A DNA stretch of 64,000 nt, taken from IMG/VR virus record IMGVR_UViG_3300028909_000017, positions 32,001 through 96,000 of that record, one strand, 5' to 3'. Position numbers and translations under genes: made by a program. This stretch comes from a virus. The notes under the pieces are model-generated. The model was not told where the DNA came from. It did no database searches and saw nothing but the letters and a program-made list of their open reading frames with translations. This document shows, piece by piece, positions 31,664 through 41,805 of this stretch (the first letter of the stretch is position 1; every line of letters begins with the position of its first letter).

Positions 31664-32401
31664 CTACATCCTAACTAGAATGGCAGTTGCGTTATCATCT
31701 TTGGGAGTATTTTGAATAATTATATCGGCGGTTGTATCAGGATTATCAATTAGTTCAATCATATTATGAATTAATAAATCAGAATCGATATGTCCTGCAT
31801 CAAAAATTCCATCTGAGCCACACAAAATCCAACTATTTTCATTAATTGGGATTTGAAAAACTTCAGGATTACGATTTAAAATTGAATTAAAATCGGCATC
31901 ACCCAATGCTCGACTCATTTGCAATCCGCCATACCACGGTTTACGAGAATCACCAAGATATCCTTGCATAATAAATCCAGGATATTTTGTTACTGCTTTT
32001 TTTGCTTCAGCGGGATTTGACCGAACATTATGCTCGGGCGCAATCCAAATATTATTATTTGCATCTCGAATAATAACCGGGCTATCACCTAAAATTGCTA
32101 CATGTGCAATAGTATGAGACGAATTAATAAAGACTAATGAAGCAGTCGATCCACTAACCCTGGCCGGAAAACTTGTCAGCGTATTGAGTTTGCGAATGAT
32201 TCTTTTTAGTATTGTTGATTCGGGCTCTTTTTTGAGTTTATCAAAAATTTGCGGCGAATAGAGGGCGCAAAATTCAGAAACATCCTCCCCGCCGTGCCCA
32301 TCAAAAACACCCAGTAAAATGGTTGAGTTTACTTCATGAACGAAAAAATTATCTTCTTGATATGGGCGATTATTTTTTTCTGTTGCGGTTGTAATATTCA
32401 T
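31664..32401 (-). CDS. PP2C-family Ser/Thr phosphatase
   Basis: R.YQED, VFDGHGG, GST, LGDS, MSRALGD, GSDG, DNAT. Confidence 0.88.
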   Translation of the reverse strand: MNITTATEKNNRPYQEDNFFVHEVNSTILLGVFDGHGGEDVSEFCALYSPQIFDKLKKEPESTILKRIIRKLNTLTSFPARVSGSTASLVFINSSHTIAHVAILGDSPVIIRDANNNIWIAPEHNVRSNPAEAKKAVTKYPGFIMQGYLGDSRKPWYGGLQMSRALGDADFNSILNRNPEVFQIPINENSWILCGSDGIFDAGHIDSDLLIHNMIELIDNPDTTADIIIQNTPKDDNATAILVRM

Positions 32402-32408
32402 TTTTGTC

Positions 32409-32687
32409 CTAAGTAGAAAGCCCAATGATCATTAGTAAGTCTGGTGGATTGGGAATTTCAAAATATCCTTTTTTCTTCTTTTGATTTAATAAATCGTCGA
32501 AAATATTTTCGGCATTATAAATTGAAGTCGGGGTGCCGGTTTTTGTTCCAAACTTTAAAGTTTTACCACGACGACCATATTGAAATTGGACCACATATTT
32601 ATTATTTTCAACGCCAATAATCTGCAGGTGGTAAACCTTATCAGAAGTCCCTTTCGTGTTATGCAGGGAAATTGCTTTGTGAATCAT
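32409..32687 (-). CDS. WGR-domain protein
   Basis: SDKVY...QYGRRG...K.KKGY. Confidence 0.8.
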   Translation of the reverse strand: MIHKAISLHNTKGTSDKVYHLQIIGVENNKYVVQFQYGRRGKTLKFGTKTGTPTSIYNAENIFDDLLNQKKKKGYFEIPNPPDLLMIIGLST

Positions 32688-34034
32688 TGTTATCCTTTGC
32701 TTTCTTCAAGATGATGTTAATCCATAGCTGAATTATGCCCCATATTACAAAAATTACCAAGAAAAACCAATAAGATATATGCGCATTCAAAAATAGATTG
32801 GCAAAAAGAATTAACGAGCAATTGACAATTATTAGATATGCGGTAATAAGAATACTTTTCATTTACGCTCGAAAAAATAACTCTTTCCATTGGTCAACGT
32901 CGAAAAATCCGGAAATATAATCATTGATATACGCTACGGCGGGTGAAATGTACCATTCATATAAAAATGCGATATTTACCCACGAAGGACCATCAAGATC
33001 AAAATATATCGGCTGGGGAATAATGCGAAAAAATTGTAAAATAAAAAGAGAAGCCGAAACTAAAATTGCAGCAGAAATAATATCCTTTGACTTAAATGAA
33101 AACATATTTACCCTTTCTTAAGGTTGCTAGAGTTAAAATCATTGATAAGCCATCGATATGCACCAACATATGATGAAAATTTTGGAGAAATTTGAATATC
33201 TTCCGAGTTAATAAATTTTGAAATACACCATTTATTCAACAAAATTCCGCATCTAACAATATTGAATTCTCGTTTGCCATCATAATATGGATTACAAAGT
33301 TTCTTCTTATTAATTGTAATTCTTATGCTCATGTTGACAGCTTCATAATCATTAATTCATTTTTATATGCATTAAACAATTCTTCTAAATTCCATAACAT
33401 TTGAATTGTACAATCATTGTGAAGATTAATTATATCACAAATATTGTAAATGGTAACCCATTCTTTTGTTGTGTAATTTGTGCCTTTTGGCAAAGTTTCT
33501 GGACGTCTAAATGATCTTCTATGAGTTAAAGGTTGACTACCGGTTAATAGAAGAATTAGTTTGCTTGCCTTTAAGACTCGTTCCTGCGCTGTACTTGTCG
33601 CCATTTTTATCGTCCGAAAAACCAATAAGGCAGTGTATTATCTCGTGAGCAAAAGAATGCAGTTGTTCGTTCAATGAATGTTGGTTCGGTATGATAGAAT
33701 TGCTGATAGCGTTCTAGATAATATCGATATGTATCATTTGCTTGAATAATCATTTAATTTTCCAATCTGAAAAGAAATGCATCTTCTGGTTTTAGAATTG
33801 CAATTGTATACCATGAATTTTGCAACTGCTCTTGAATAATTGAAATTTTCTTTAGCCAAGCAATTCCATATTTTTCAAAAATCCATTTATCATTTACGAA
33901 AATTAATTTTTTGAGTTCAGTCGGAAAAATGGCAAATGAATTTTTAAATCGTAATTTATTCAGGGTTGACTTTTTCAAAAAGTTCAATTCAACCAAATTA
34001 AAAACAGATGTCATGTCTGGCATTATTTTTCCGA

Positions 34035-34655
34035 TCAGTTATTGTTTGGAAAACCGGATATAACCCGTATTAGATCAATTTGCGTGAGCAATACTTGTCG
34101 AATATTTTGATACGCGGATTCTTGCTCAGGAAAATTTTTACGTGCTTCTTTAAGCATGGGCAAAATATATTCCTCGGTTTCAGAAATATATGCCGATTGT
34201 TTTTCACGAGTAAATACGCCTTGCATACGCTGATGATTATGAATTCGATCGATACCTTTGTTTAAACTTGCAATTGGATCAAACTGCATTTCGTGATAAT
34301 AGCTTGCAGTCGGCTTTTTAATTCCGGATATCTGATTGGTCATCAATTCAACCGAATGACCAACTCGTCTTCCAAACAAATTAACGATTTCCTGGTTACT
34401 AACACCGTAATCTTCGCATACATCATGCAACCAGATCGTTGTCATCGTTTCTTCCGGATATTTAAAATCCTTTATTAAAGTTCGAGCATAATTTGCTTGG
34501 GATACCTGATGTTGAAATTCGGGTGTTACATTATCCTTACGAAAACCAATGTGCTTTTTACTGGCAAAATTCATTGCTCTCAATGCGTTATGAAAGCCAC
34601 GGCCGACTTGCCAATATTGAATAGCAATACGCAGTTTTTCGTAATTTTGAATCAT
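34035..34655 (-). CDS. HD-domain hydrolase, RelA/SpoT (ppGpp hydrolase)-like
   Basis: H...RK....P...H, LHDVCED, K..DR.HN. Confidence 0.75.
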   Translation of the reverse strand: MIQNYEKLRIAIQYWQVGRGFHNALRAMNFASKKHIGFRKDNVTPEFQHQVSQANYARTLIKDFKYPEETMTTIWLHDVCEDYGVSNQEIVNLFGRRVGHSVELMTNQISGIKKPTASYYHEMQFDPIASLNKGIDRIHNHQRMQGVFTREKQSAYISETEEYILPMLKEARKNFPEQESAYQNIRQVLLTQIDLIRVISGFPNNN

Positions 34656-35016
34656 TATGCTCTCTTTCCAGCAACAAATTAAGTATATCAAACGTGAATC
34701 GGGAAGTCAACCGTTATTTAAGATTCAGTGCTTCAAGAGAAATTATTGCGGCAAATATTTCTTCATCGCCAATACCTTTCGACCGTAAATCATTAAGAAT
34801 ATCGAGCGCTTCTTTTGCCGAATTATTGAGGCAAATATAATGAAGTGCAAGGTCTCTGGTGTCAAATTTGGCGATAAATTGATTCTTGTCGTCAAATACT
34901 GTGTGTCCGATGTTGTACAATTTTTGCCCTTCTTTCAAGTTCAAATATAGTATAGCAAACCTAGAACCGTTTGTCAAGAGAAATTTTAAGTTGTTGAAAT
35001 GATGGAATTTATCATT

Positions 35017-35799
35017 TTAAATTGTTCGTAGTGAATCTGCTAACTTGGAATTGTCCTTAACCAAGTAGCTTTTACCATCTGTCCAACATTCACGGTTGGT
35101 TGGTATTTTAACTATATTTTTGATGGTTGTCAAATGAAAATTATTTCGAGTCGGTGACAACATTAAATTGAAAAATTTTAAAAAATCATCTGATGTTTTA
35201 CACAATTGCAAACGATCTATCATTTCTAGAGATAATTTCCAGGCACCCAAAGTAGCTATCAATTGGGCTTTATGCTGAACGCACGATGATATTAATGCGT
35301 TAAAACTATTAGATGAAAGTCCACTTTGTTGTAGGGCCTCATTAAAGTCGGATGGACCGTCATCATTTAAATCAATTAGAGATTGCGACCACATATCATT
35401 ATGAGAGCAGATACCAATTTTTGAACCATTAACGGGAAATATAATATATAAACCACCAAACATACCGGAATAATTTCCAGCAACCATACTATTTGTTGTG
35501 CAAATTAAACTTGAATCCCTTCGAGGAAATCTACGCCAACTCGGCAAATTACTGAATAATAATGTATAGTAATTTGATGTATTTGCGCTTTTTCTTTTGG
35601 ACAATTTTGGATCAGTAATCCATATATCAGGAAATTTACCATTAAATCCTTTGTATAATGCTCTTTTATCCTGAACAAACGATTGAAATGCATCCGAACA
35701 TTCTGTCTTAATTATATTAAGTAATTCTTTCGGGTTACGTTTAGAAGTATCGATAATTCGTTTATCTGGTTCTTTAATTAATATTTCGTTAATTTTCAT
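35017..35799 (-). CDS. Hypothetical protein with MKINEI N-terminus (possible virion-internal protein)
   Basis: 260-aa ORF; N-terminal motif shared with seven other ORFs. Confidence 0.55.
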   Translation of the reverse strand: MKINEILIKEPDKRIIDTSKRNPKELLNIIKTECSDAFQSFVQDKRALYKGFNGKFPDIWITDPKLSKRKSANTSNYYTLLFSNLPSWRRFPRRDSSLICTTNSMVAGNYSGMFGGLYIIFPVNGSKIGICSHNDMWSQSLIDLNDDGPSDFNEALQQSGLSSNSFNALISSCVQHKAQLIATLGAWKLSLEMIDRLQLCKTSDDFLKFFNLMLSPTRNNFHLTTIKNIVKIPTNRECWTDGKSYLVKDNSKLADSLRTI

Positions 35800-35820
35800 T
35801 GAGTAATCGCCACCAATAAG

Positions 35821-36483
35821 TTAAGTTCTTATTGTATTTATTTCCTTAAGCAAATTTTTCTTAGCTTGATTTTCCCATAGTAATTGTGAAATAGGTGATC
35901 TAAACAATGGTGTTTTCTGAAAAAATTTATTCAAAAATTCTTTGCGATTTTTATTAAATTCGACGTCTGAAACAAAAGAAAATTCTTTTCGAATATTTGT
36001 GGTATTTGTTGAAAATTGTTCCCATTCGGCGCCCAAACCACATAAATCTAAATCAATAAATAAGTTAAAATCTGTCAAAAATCCATCATAGTAATCTAAT
36101 TTTGGTTTAGCGTTAAGATGATCAGCCGTGCCTATAATCATATTTTCAACGACGGATACTTCCCAATTTGTTTCAAATTTATTATTTTGTAAAAATAATT
36201 GACAACTTTCGAAGACATTAATAGAATCTTTTTGACAGTTTCCATCGGGCAATTGAGTTTTATAGATAGAATCATGCCAGAAAATAGCAGTTGCAATTAA
36301 ATCGAATTGAACAGTCTGATTTTTTAATACATCTAATTTTCTTAACATATTTTCAATATGTTCCCAGGTATGATATGCTCGATGAGATTCAGAATAATTA
36401 CGATTAAGAATATCCCATGATTCGGATTTATTTGAGACAGATAATTCATCCCATTTATTTTCGATATATTTAAGGTCAAACAT
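35821..36483 (-). CDS. Predicted HD-superfamily phosphohydrolase
   Basis: YSE.HRAYHT..HI, A..WHD.IY, D.DL..LG, IR.EF. Confidence 0.78.
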   Translation of the reverse strand: MFDLKYIENKWDELSVSNKSESWDILNRNYSESHRAYHTWEHIENMLRKLDVLKNQTVQFDLIATAIFWHDSIYKTQLPDGNCQKDSINVFESCQLFLQNNKFETNWEVSVVENMIIGTADHLNAKPKLDYYDGFLTDFNLFIDLDLCGLGAEWEQFSTNTTNIRKEFSFVSDVEFNKNRKEFLNKFFQKTPLFRSPISQLLWENQAKKNLLKEINTIRT

Positions 36484-36951
36484 TTCTATTCCTTTTTCTT
36501 TCATCTTTGCAAGATTCGCACATATTTTCGTAAATAAAATTTTGGGCTTTTAATTCGGAAGAAAATCCTTTAATTGATTGGGTATTGATCATATAAGCAA
36601 CAGGCCACGAACATTTTAACAATACCTCCACCAGGTTTTACATTTTGAACATGTATATCCATTACCTTTAAAAATAGGGTGTACGGTAGTTCCGACATTA
36701 TTCTTAATACAACCCCAATGAAAAATTAGGCAAATTAATCGTTTCATTTTTACCGTTCCACATGCTCTCTTGTATTTAAAATATTCTTTACGTTTTCATA
36801 GTATTCGTTAAAGATGCGGTCCTCATTATCTAGCGGGGTATCACTTCTACCATAAAATGAAATTCTTCCAATAATCGGATTCAATGCTCGTTTGAGATTT
36901 AAAAGTCGGGCAGTTGTTAATTTTTGAAGTTGTTCAACTGTTAGTAAATTT

Positions 36952-37425
36952 TCACTTCTCATATTTTCCTTTCCTTTCATGCCATTCACGTTCATCAGCA
37001 CATATATAAACATCATCGTCTGTAATAGGAATATACGGTGGCCAATGAATATCTAATAAAACGTCTGCACACCGTGGACAAATTCGATGTTGGGGCAATG
37101 GCCAATATGGATGGCTAGCAACATCTACCGTGAATCGTTTACAACGATTGCATTTTTCTCCTTGAGCCGGTTGAATTTCAACATTTAATTCTTCGGATGA
37201 TTCTTTAAGTTCAACCTGTGAAACTTGATACATTTCTGGTAATCCGGGTAGAAGATCAAATAACTTTTCAATATCATTTACCGATCCCGAAATGATAATT
37301 CTTGCATCACTTGATTTACCGATTAATTTTGCTTCTCGAGCAAGTTCAAGATTCTTAAGAACAATTGGTCGAACCGTGTTAATGGCCCAATCTAAATTTG
37401 GAAACATATCAGATAATGATTTCAT
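36952..37425 (-). CDS. Stand-alone isoleucyl-tRNA synthetase C-terminal domain with zinc finger
   Basis: LELAR..KLIGKS.DA, VSQV, A.GEKC.RC...CPRC; no catalytic domain upstream. Confidence 0.75.
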   Translation of the reverse strand: MKSLSDMFPNLDWAINTVRPIVLKNLELAREAKLIGKSSDARIIISGSVNDIEKLFDLLPGLPEMYQVSQVELKESSEELNVEIQPAQGEKCNRCKRFTVDVASHPYWPLPQHRICPRCADVLLDIHWPPYIPITDDDVYICADEREWHERKGKYEK

Positions 37426-38506
37426 ATTTTTAACTTTCTTTTTCCATTGGATTTTTTGGTAAAGAATTTTTTCGACGCATGGAATGCATAGTCGTGATAT
37501 CGGTTAAAATAAACCAAATTAACCACCAATAAGATCCATGAATATATCCGAGAATATTTGCAAAGAAAAATAATGGAGAAAAAATCGGAAAAGCAAATAA
37601 AAATTTATCTTTGATGTGCTTTTGAATAATTCCAAAAGAAAAATGATCACAGATAAAAAATAGCAGGAGCCACCAGAATGATATATGAATAATTCCGGTA
37701 AATGTTGCAAGCAAAAATACTTCACTGAAATATGGAAATGCAAAAGTAATATTTTTCATTGTGAACCCTTTCTAGTAATGTTGAATAACTATTTCGTCAT
37801 TTAAAGTCAAAATTTTCATTCTATAATTTTCCTTAACAAATTCAGAAAATTCCGGGCACCAATCAGATTGATTATATTCAGCCCATTCACTATTGGTGAT
37901 TGTTAATTCTACAATTTCACCAATGGGATGGTTGCCATATCGATCTTTATACTCTTTATTTCTGCGCCTTACATATAAAGAAACAGTTTCTTGGGGCTCA
38001 TATGCAGGAGCGGTACCTTTAAAATTATCTCGAGTTGATAATTGAATAACGGCCTTATCACCATTTTTTACAATGTTGCAAAAGTTTTTAGCTAGAATAG
38101 ACATTTTATCCTCTGAGAACCATTTTTGTTCCATCTTCTTTAACGAAAACGGAGATATGTGTATTGTATACAGTTCGAAGCCCTCTTAATTCGGCCAAAT
38201 AATTTCTCAGTTCTAAATTTTCGTGGGAATATTTAGCGATTAATTCATCAAGGTGTTCATCAATTTTCATATGGATTCACCGTTCGTCATCATATGCGCC
38301 CCTCTCATAATGTTCTTCATTATATCCATCTCGGTCAAAACCATGTTCATCATACCCGTAAGAATCGAAGCCATCACGGTCATAAAGATCATCTTCATGC
38401 TCACAATTGCTGTGAAACCAATTTTGATCTTGTTCATATAAATCAAACACAGTTGGAGAATATTTTGCAATCGACATATGAATACCTCACTATTTAAAGT
38501 ATAGCA

Positions 38507-38540
38507 AAATGAGCAAGGTTTTGTCAACCTTGCTCATTTT
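38507..38540. terminator. Hairpin ending the tRNA operon, overlapping the next early promoter
   Basis: aaaatgagcaaggtt...aaccttgctcatttt. Confidence 0.6.
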
Positions 38541-38548
38541 AAAGTAGT

Positions 38549-38640
38549 TGGAGTCACTGGAGAGATTCGAACTCGCAAAATTACTTTCGTAATTCTAACG
38601 GTTTTGCAGACCGCGGGCTTGCCATTTTGCCTTCAGTGAC
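38549..38640 (-). tRNA. tRNA-Cys(GCA) with long variable arm
   Basis: GTCACTG/CAGTGAC, U73-CCA, GCGGT-CTGCAAA-ACCGT, V-arm AATTAC-GAAA-GTAATT. Confidence 0.85.
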
Positions 38641-38651
38641 CCAAAAATCAG

Positions 38652-38743
38652 CGGAAGTGGTAGGATTTGAACCTACGAAACCTGCTCTTCACAAGTTTAT
38701 TGATTTTCAAGATTAACGCCTTCAACCACTCGGCCACACTTCC
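38652..38743 (-). tRNA. tRNA-Ser(TGA)
   Basis: GGAAGTG/CACTTCC, loop CTTGAAA, long V-arm, G73, no CCA. Confidence 0.85.
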
Positions 38744-38749
38744 AAATTT

Positions 38750-38839
38750 CGGATGGGGTGGGATTCGAACCCACGAAACCCATTAAATAGGTTTGATAGT
38801 TTTCGAGACTATTGTCGTAAACCACTTGACTACCCATCC
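38750..38839 (-). tRNA. tRNA-Ser(CGA)
   Basis: ATAGT-CTCGAAA-ACTAT, long V-arm, G73. Confidence 0.9.
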
Positions 38840-38869
38840 ATGAAACATATTTCCTAATACTAATCTTTT

Positions 38870-38961
38870 CGGAGAGTACTCGACTTGAACGAGTACATGT
38901 CGATGTTATCAACATGAGCCGGTTTTCCAAACCGGGGCGATACCATTCCGCTCAACTCTCC
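38870..38961 (-). tRNA. tRNA-Ser(GGA)
   Basis: CCGGT-TTGGAAA-ACCGG, long V-arm, G73. Confidence 0.9.
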
Positions 38962-39073
38962 ATTTTGATTCCCTTTGCAACATTCTTGATTATGCTGAAA
39001 TAGCCGGGGGAAGTAATGGCATTCGCATTCGCAAATTTTTTGATCTGTCATTCTTTTTCTCCTTTTTTAAGAT

Positions 39074-39160
39074 CGGATAGTGCAAGATTCGAACTTGCGA
39101 AACCTTTCGGTTTAACACCTTAGCAGGGTGTCGATATAAGCCAGACTCATCCAACTATCC
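39074..39160 (-). tRNA. tRNA-Ser(GCT)
   Basis: ACACC-CTGCTAA-GGTGT, long V-arm, G73. Confidence 0.9.
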
Positions 39161-39475
39161 ATAAGTTTACTTTCTGATTTTATTTCTTTCTCGGTCAAAA
39201 ATTTCTGTACTATCAGGTGAGATTTCACCACTTTGAATTAATGTACGGGCCCCACCCAAATCGTGACACTTTCTCCTTGCCAATTCATTATCAATATTTT
39301 TCTTTTGGGACTGTAATGAATTTCTTTCAGTGATTAATTCTTTTAATTGATTTTCCAAAGAATTAATTGATTCATTGAGTCTATTAATTTCATTTGAAAA
39401 CCGAACACCTTCTTGACATAACGTGCCGAGTGTGATATTTTCGTGCATTATTGTTACCTTTCTTTAATTGTTGGG

Positions 39476-39547
39476 CAGGAGAGCCGATGGTCGAAATCGG
39501 AAGTTCGGTTTTGGAGACCGACAGTTTGCCACTTAGCTTACTCTCCT
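39476..39547 (-). tRNA. tRNA-Trp(CCA)
   Basis: AGGAGAG/CTCTCCT, TCGGT-CTCCAAA-ACCGA. Confidence 0.85.
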
Positions 39548-39556
39548 ACGAATTGT

Positions 39557-39641
39557 TGGTAGCCCCACTCAGATTTGAACTGAGACGCCTTAAAGACATT
39601 AGTTCCTAAGACTAACGTGTCTTCCGTTCCACCATGGGGCC
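39557..39641 (-). tRNA. tRNA-Leu(TAG)
   Basis: TTAGT-CTTAGGA-ACTAA, V-arm, A73-CCA. Confidence 0.9.
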
Positions 39642-39669
39642 ACGTTTAAAAATATACTTCGAATAATTT

Positions 39670-39765
39670 TGGTGCAAGCAACTGGTGTCGAACCAGCAAT
39701 ATTAACTCACTATGGAGGACAGATTTACAGTCTGCTGCGACTAACCAACTATTCGCCTTACTTGC
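39670..39765 (-). tRNA. tRNA-Tyr(GTA)
   Basis: GCAGA-CTGTAAA-TCTGT, long V region, A73-CCA. Confidence 0.85.
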
Positions 39766-39783
39766 ATTTACAACTAAACTTTT

Positions 39784-39861
39784 TGGTGCCCGGAGTGGAA
39801 CTCGAATCCACACTGGAAGGATTTTGAGTCCTTTGCCTCCTGCCAATTGGGCTACCCGGGC
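39784..39861 (-). tRNA. tRNA-Leu(CAA) with short variable loop
   Basis: AAGGA-CTCAAAA-TCCTT, V-loop only CCAGT, A73-CCA. Confidence 0.88.
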
Positions 39862-39863
39862 AC

Positions 39864-39903
39864 AATATAAAAACCCTGAATGATTATGTCATCCAGGGTT
39901 TTT
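39864..39903 (-). terminator. Attenuator terminator upstream of the tRNA operon
   Basis: ACCCTGGATGA-CATAA-TCATTCAGGGT followed by TTTTATATT; the 5' arm can alternatively pair with CGTCCAGG in the leader ORF. Confidence 0.8.
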
Positions 39904-39925
39904 GTTTTCCGATTTAACATCGATT

Positions 39926-40015
39926 TTAACAATTACCTGGACGCATCAAACTCCAATAGAGCAGAGAATAATCTAATGAACATAAACTTGCCGAATTGGA
40001 TTTTGAAAAAGTCAT
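39926..40015 (-). CDS. Putative attenuator leader peptide MTFSKSNSASLCSLDYSLLYWSLMRPGNC
   Basis: RBS AGGA, 29 codons: 7 Ser, 5 Leu, 2 Tyr, 2 Cys, 1 Trp, matching the downstream tRNA set. Confidence 0.75.
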   Translation of the reverse strand: MTFSKSNSASLCSLDYSLLYWSLMRPGNC

Positions 40016-40108
40016 TTTATTTCCTAAATTAAACGTGTGTTACTGTTCGCTTTTGATTATCATTAATTTACATTACTGATCGCTGTTTCACTTATTAATC
40101 AACTACAT

Positions 40109-40142
40109 TATTTATATTACATTGTTATTTAGTCTTTGTCAA
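40109..40142 (-). promoter_or_regulatory. Dual promoter of the tRNA operon (sigma70-like plus T4-type late)
   Basis: TTGACA-17 bp-TAATAT with overlapping TATAAATA. Confidence 0.7.
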
Positions 40143-40160
40143 GAGAAAAATGAAGAATTT

Positions 40161-40667
40161 TCATAAAATATCGACATTTTTATAATATCGATAAGCCGGC
40201 TTTACAAATCCTTTATTTTTCCATTGTTTACGGTTATTATTAACCCATTCAAAATTAATCGAATTATTTTCAATAATGATTTGTGTTATTTCACCCGAAT
40301 TAATTTTAGATTCTACGGTATTTTTAATAATGTCAATTCCATTTTGATCGGTTATTTTAAAACCGTATCCACCTGATTGTAATAATCTTTCGATCCAAAT
40401 TACTGATCTATGGGAAATTATAGAATTATTTATAATTAATTTTCTATTGGCTTCCAATAAACATATTGCCAATATAGTTAGTAGACCTGCAATTGTGCTC
40501 TGGGTATTAATTTGAAAAATTTGTCTTGATTCATTACCGATATTGCAATCAATCGTAATATTTGCCAAACTATTTTCATTTTTATCTTCAATGAAATAAT
40601 TTTCATACGAATCTTCTTTTTCAATCCAAATTATGTTACCTTCAAAAGTTGTAAATTGATTTTTCAT
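40161..40667 (-). CDS. Hypothetical protein, paralog of 40670-41200
   Basis: Shared GL..., W...L..SGG.G.KI..Q and I.I motifs. Confidence 0.55.
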   Translation of the reverse strand: MKNQFTTFEGNIIWIEKEDSYENYFIEDKNENSLANITIDCNIGNESRQIFQINTQSTIAGLLTILAICLLEANRKLIINNSIISHRSVIWIERLLQSGGYGFKITDQNGIDIIKNTVESKINSGEITQIIIENNSINFEWVNNNRKQWKNKGFVKPAYRYYKNVDIL

Positions 40668-40669
40668 AA

Positions 40670-41200
40670 TTATTTAAGAAATATAGTTGTTGGGCCGGCT
40701 TCTGATTCGTTTGTGCGCAATTTATTTCGAGCTTTGAGCCATTCTGCATATAAATCATTTGAATCGGGAAATTCATCATATTGATTAGATATTTTAATTC
40801 CGCGGCCTCCGGATTTAACTAATTTGATTAGCCAGACAATTCCGCTTTCGGTTAATCCCTCTTTATTATCAATTTTAAAATATTTTCCTTTTTCTAATAA
40901 CGATTTGATAATAATTGTTATTAATCCTTTAATTCTATTTTTTGGATCCTTGTTTTTCAATGTTAAATTTTCGACGCGTATCAATGTATAGCATTTATTC
41001 ACCATCGGTAGTAAAACTCCGATATACGCCATCAAATGTTTGTTATGATCTACAATTACAAACATATCTTTAATTTGAAAAATTTTATGACCATTTGCAA
41101 TTGCAACTGGCTTTTTACCATCTATATATGTTGGGTTCCATAAGATTTCTGGTATTTCATCTGCGACATCTAGCTCTTTTAAAATTTCTTTTATTTTCAT
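40670..41200 (-). CDS. Hypothetical protein with MKIKEI N-terminus
   Basis: Paralog of 40161; LTESG..W motif recalls the 58-61 kb family. Confidence 0.55.
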   Translation of the reverse strand: MKIKEILKELDVADEIPEILWNPTYIDGKKPVAIANGHKIFQIKDMFVIVDHNKHLMAYIGVLLPMVNKCYTLIRVENLTLKNKDPKNRIKGLITIIIKSLLEKGKYFKIDNKEGLTESGIVWLIKLVKSGGRGIKISNQYDEFPDSNDLYAEWLKARNKLRTNESEAGPTTIFLK

Positions 41201-41617
41201 ATTAATTTTTATAGGCCAAGTTCTTTTTTAAGGGTTTCAAGTTGATTTAATTTTTCTTGACGCTGGTTTAATTTTTTAACTTGGGTTGTCTCTTCCAAAT
41301 ATTGTTGCGCAGCTCTCACCGAATCTTTTGCGGTAAAAATATTAATCGGTAAGGTAATATGATTTGTCCAATCACTACCACGACAATATCCGCCATATTC
41401 AATCAAAACAAATTTACCTTCGGATTCAACCGAAAGTATCGAGCAATGATCGATGCCGAAAATTTTTAAAATCGGCATGATTTGTTTATCCCGAGCTTCT
41501 TTTGCATCGGATAATTTTGTGTTGGCAATCCAAATTTTTTCGTTCAATTTATTGATATTGATCATATTTGTCTTTCAATATTTAAATTATAGCATATGCG
41601 TAGGCAAAAAGTCAAGA

Positions 41618-41651
41618 AAAATGGGGTCGGATATTAAATCCGACCCCATTT
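41618..41651. terminator. Intrinsic terminator after the long fibre gene
   Basis: aaatggggtcggat...atccgaccccattt. Confidence 0.7.
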
Positions 41652-41805
41652 GTTAAAATTTCGGTTTATTTAACTCGAAGTGCTGAAATTTGTTACCACC
41701 CATCACCGGCTAATGAAGCGCATGACTCATGGCCTAATAGTGCCTCATCCCTTCCGTCTCAGCAACAGCAGACTGCCTAAGTAGCGAACTCTCCGCTCTG
41801 TCAGT

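Noticed and set aside
38697-39846. ORF-track proteins 38697-38930, most of 38860-39051 and 39646-39846 (also the N-termini of 53119-53502 and 56088-57341)
   Set aside because: They overlap tRNA genes and are shadow ORFs or over-extended starts
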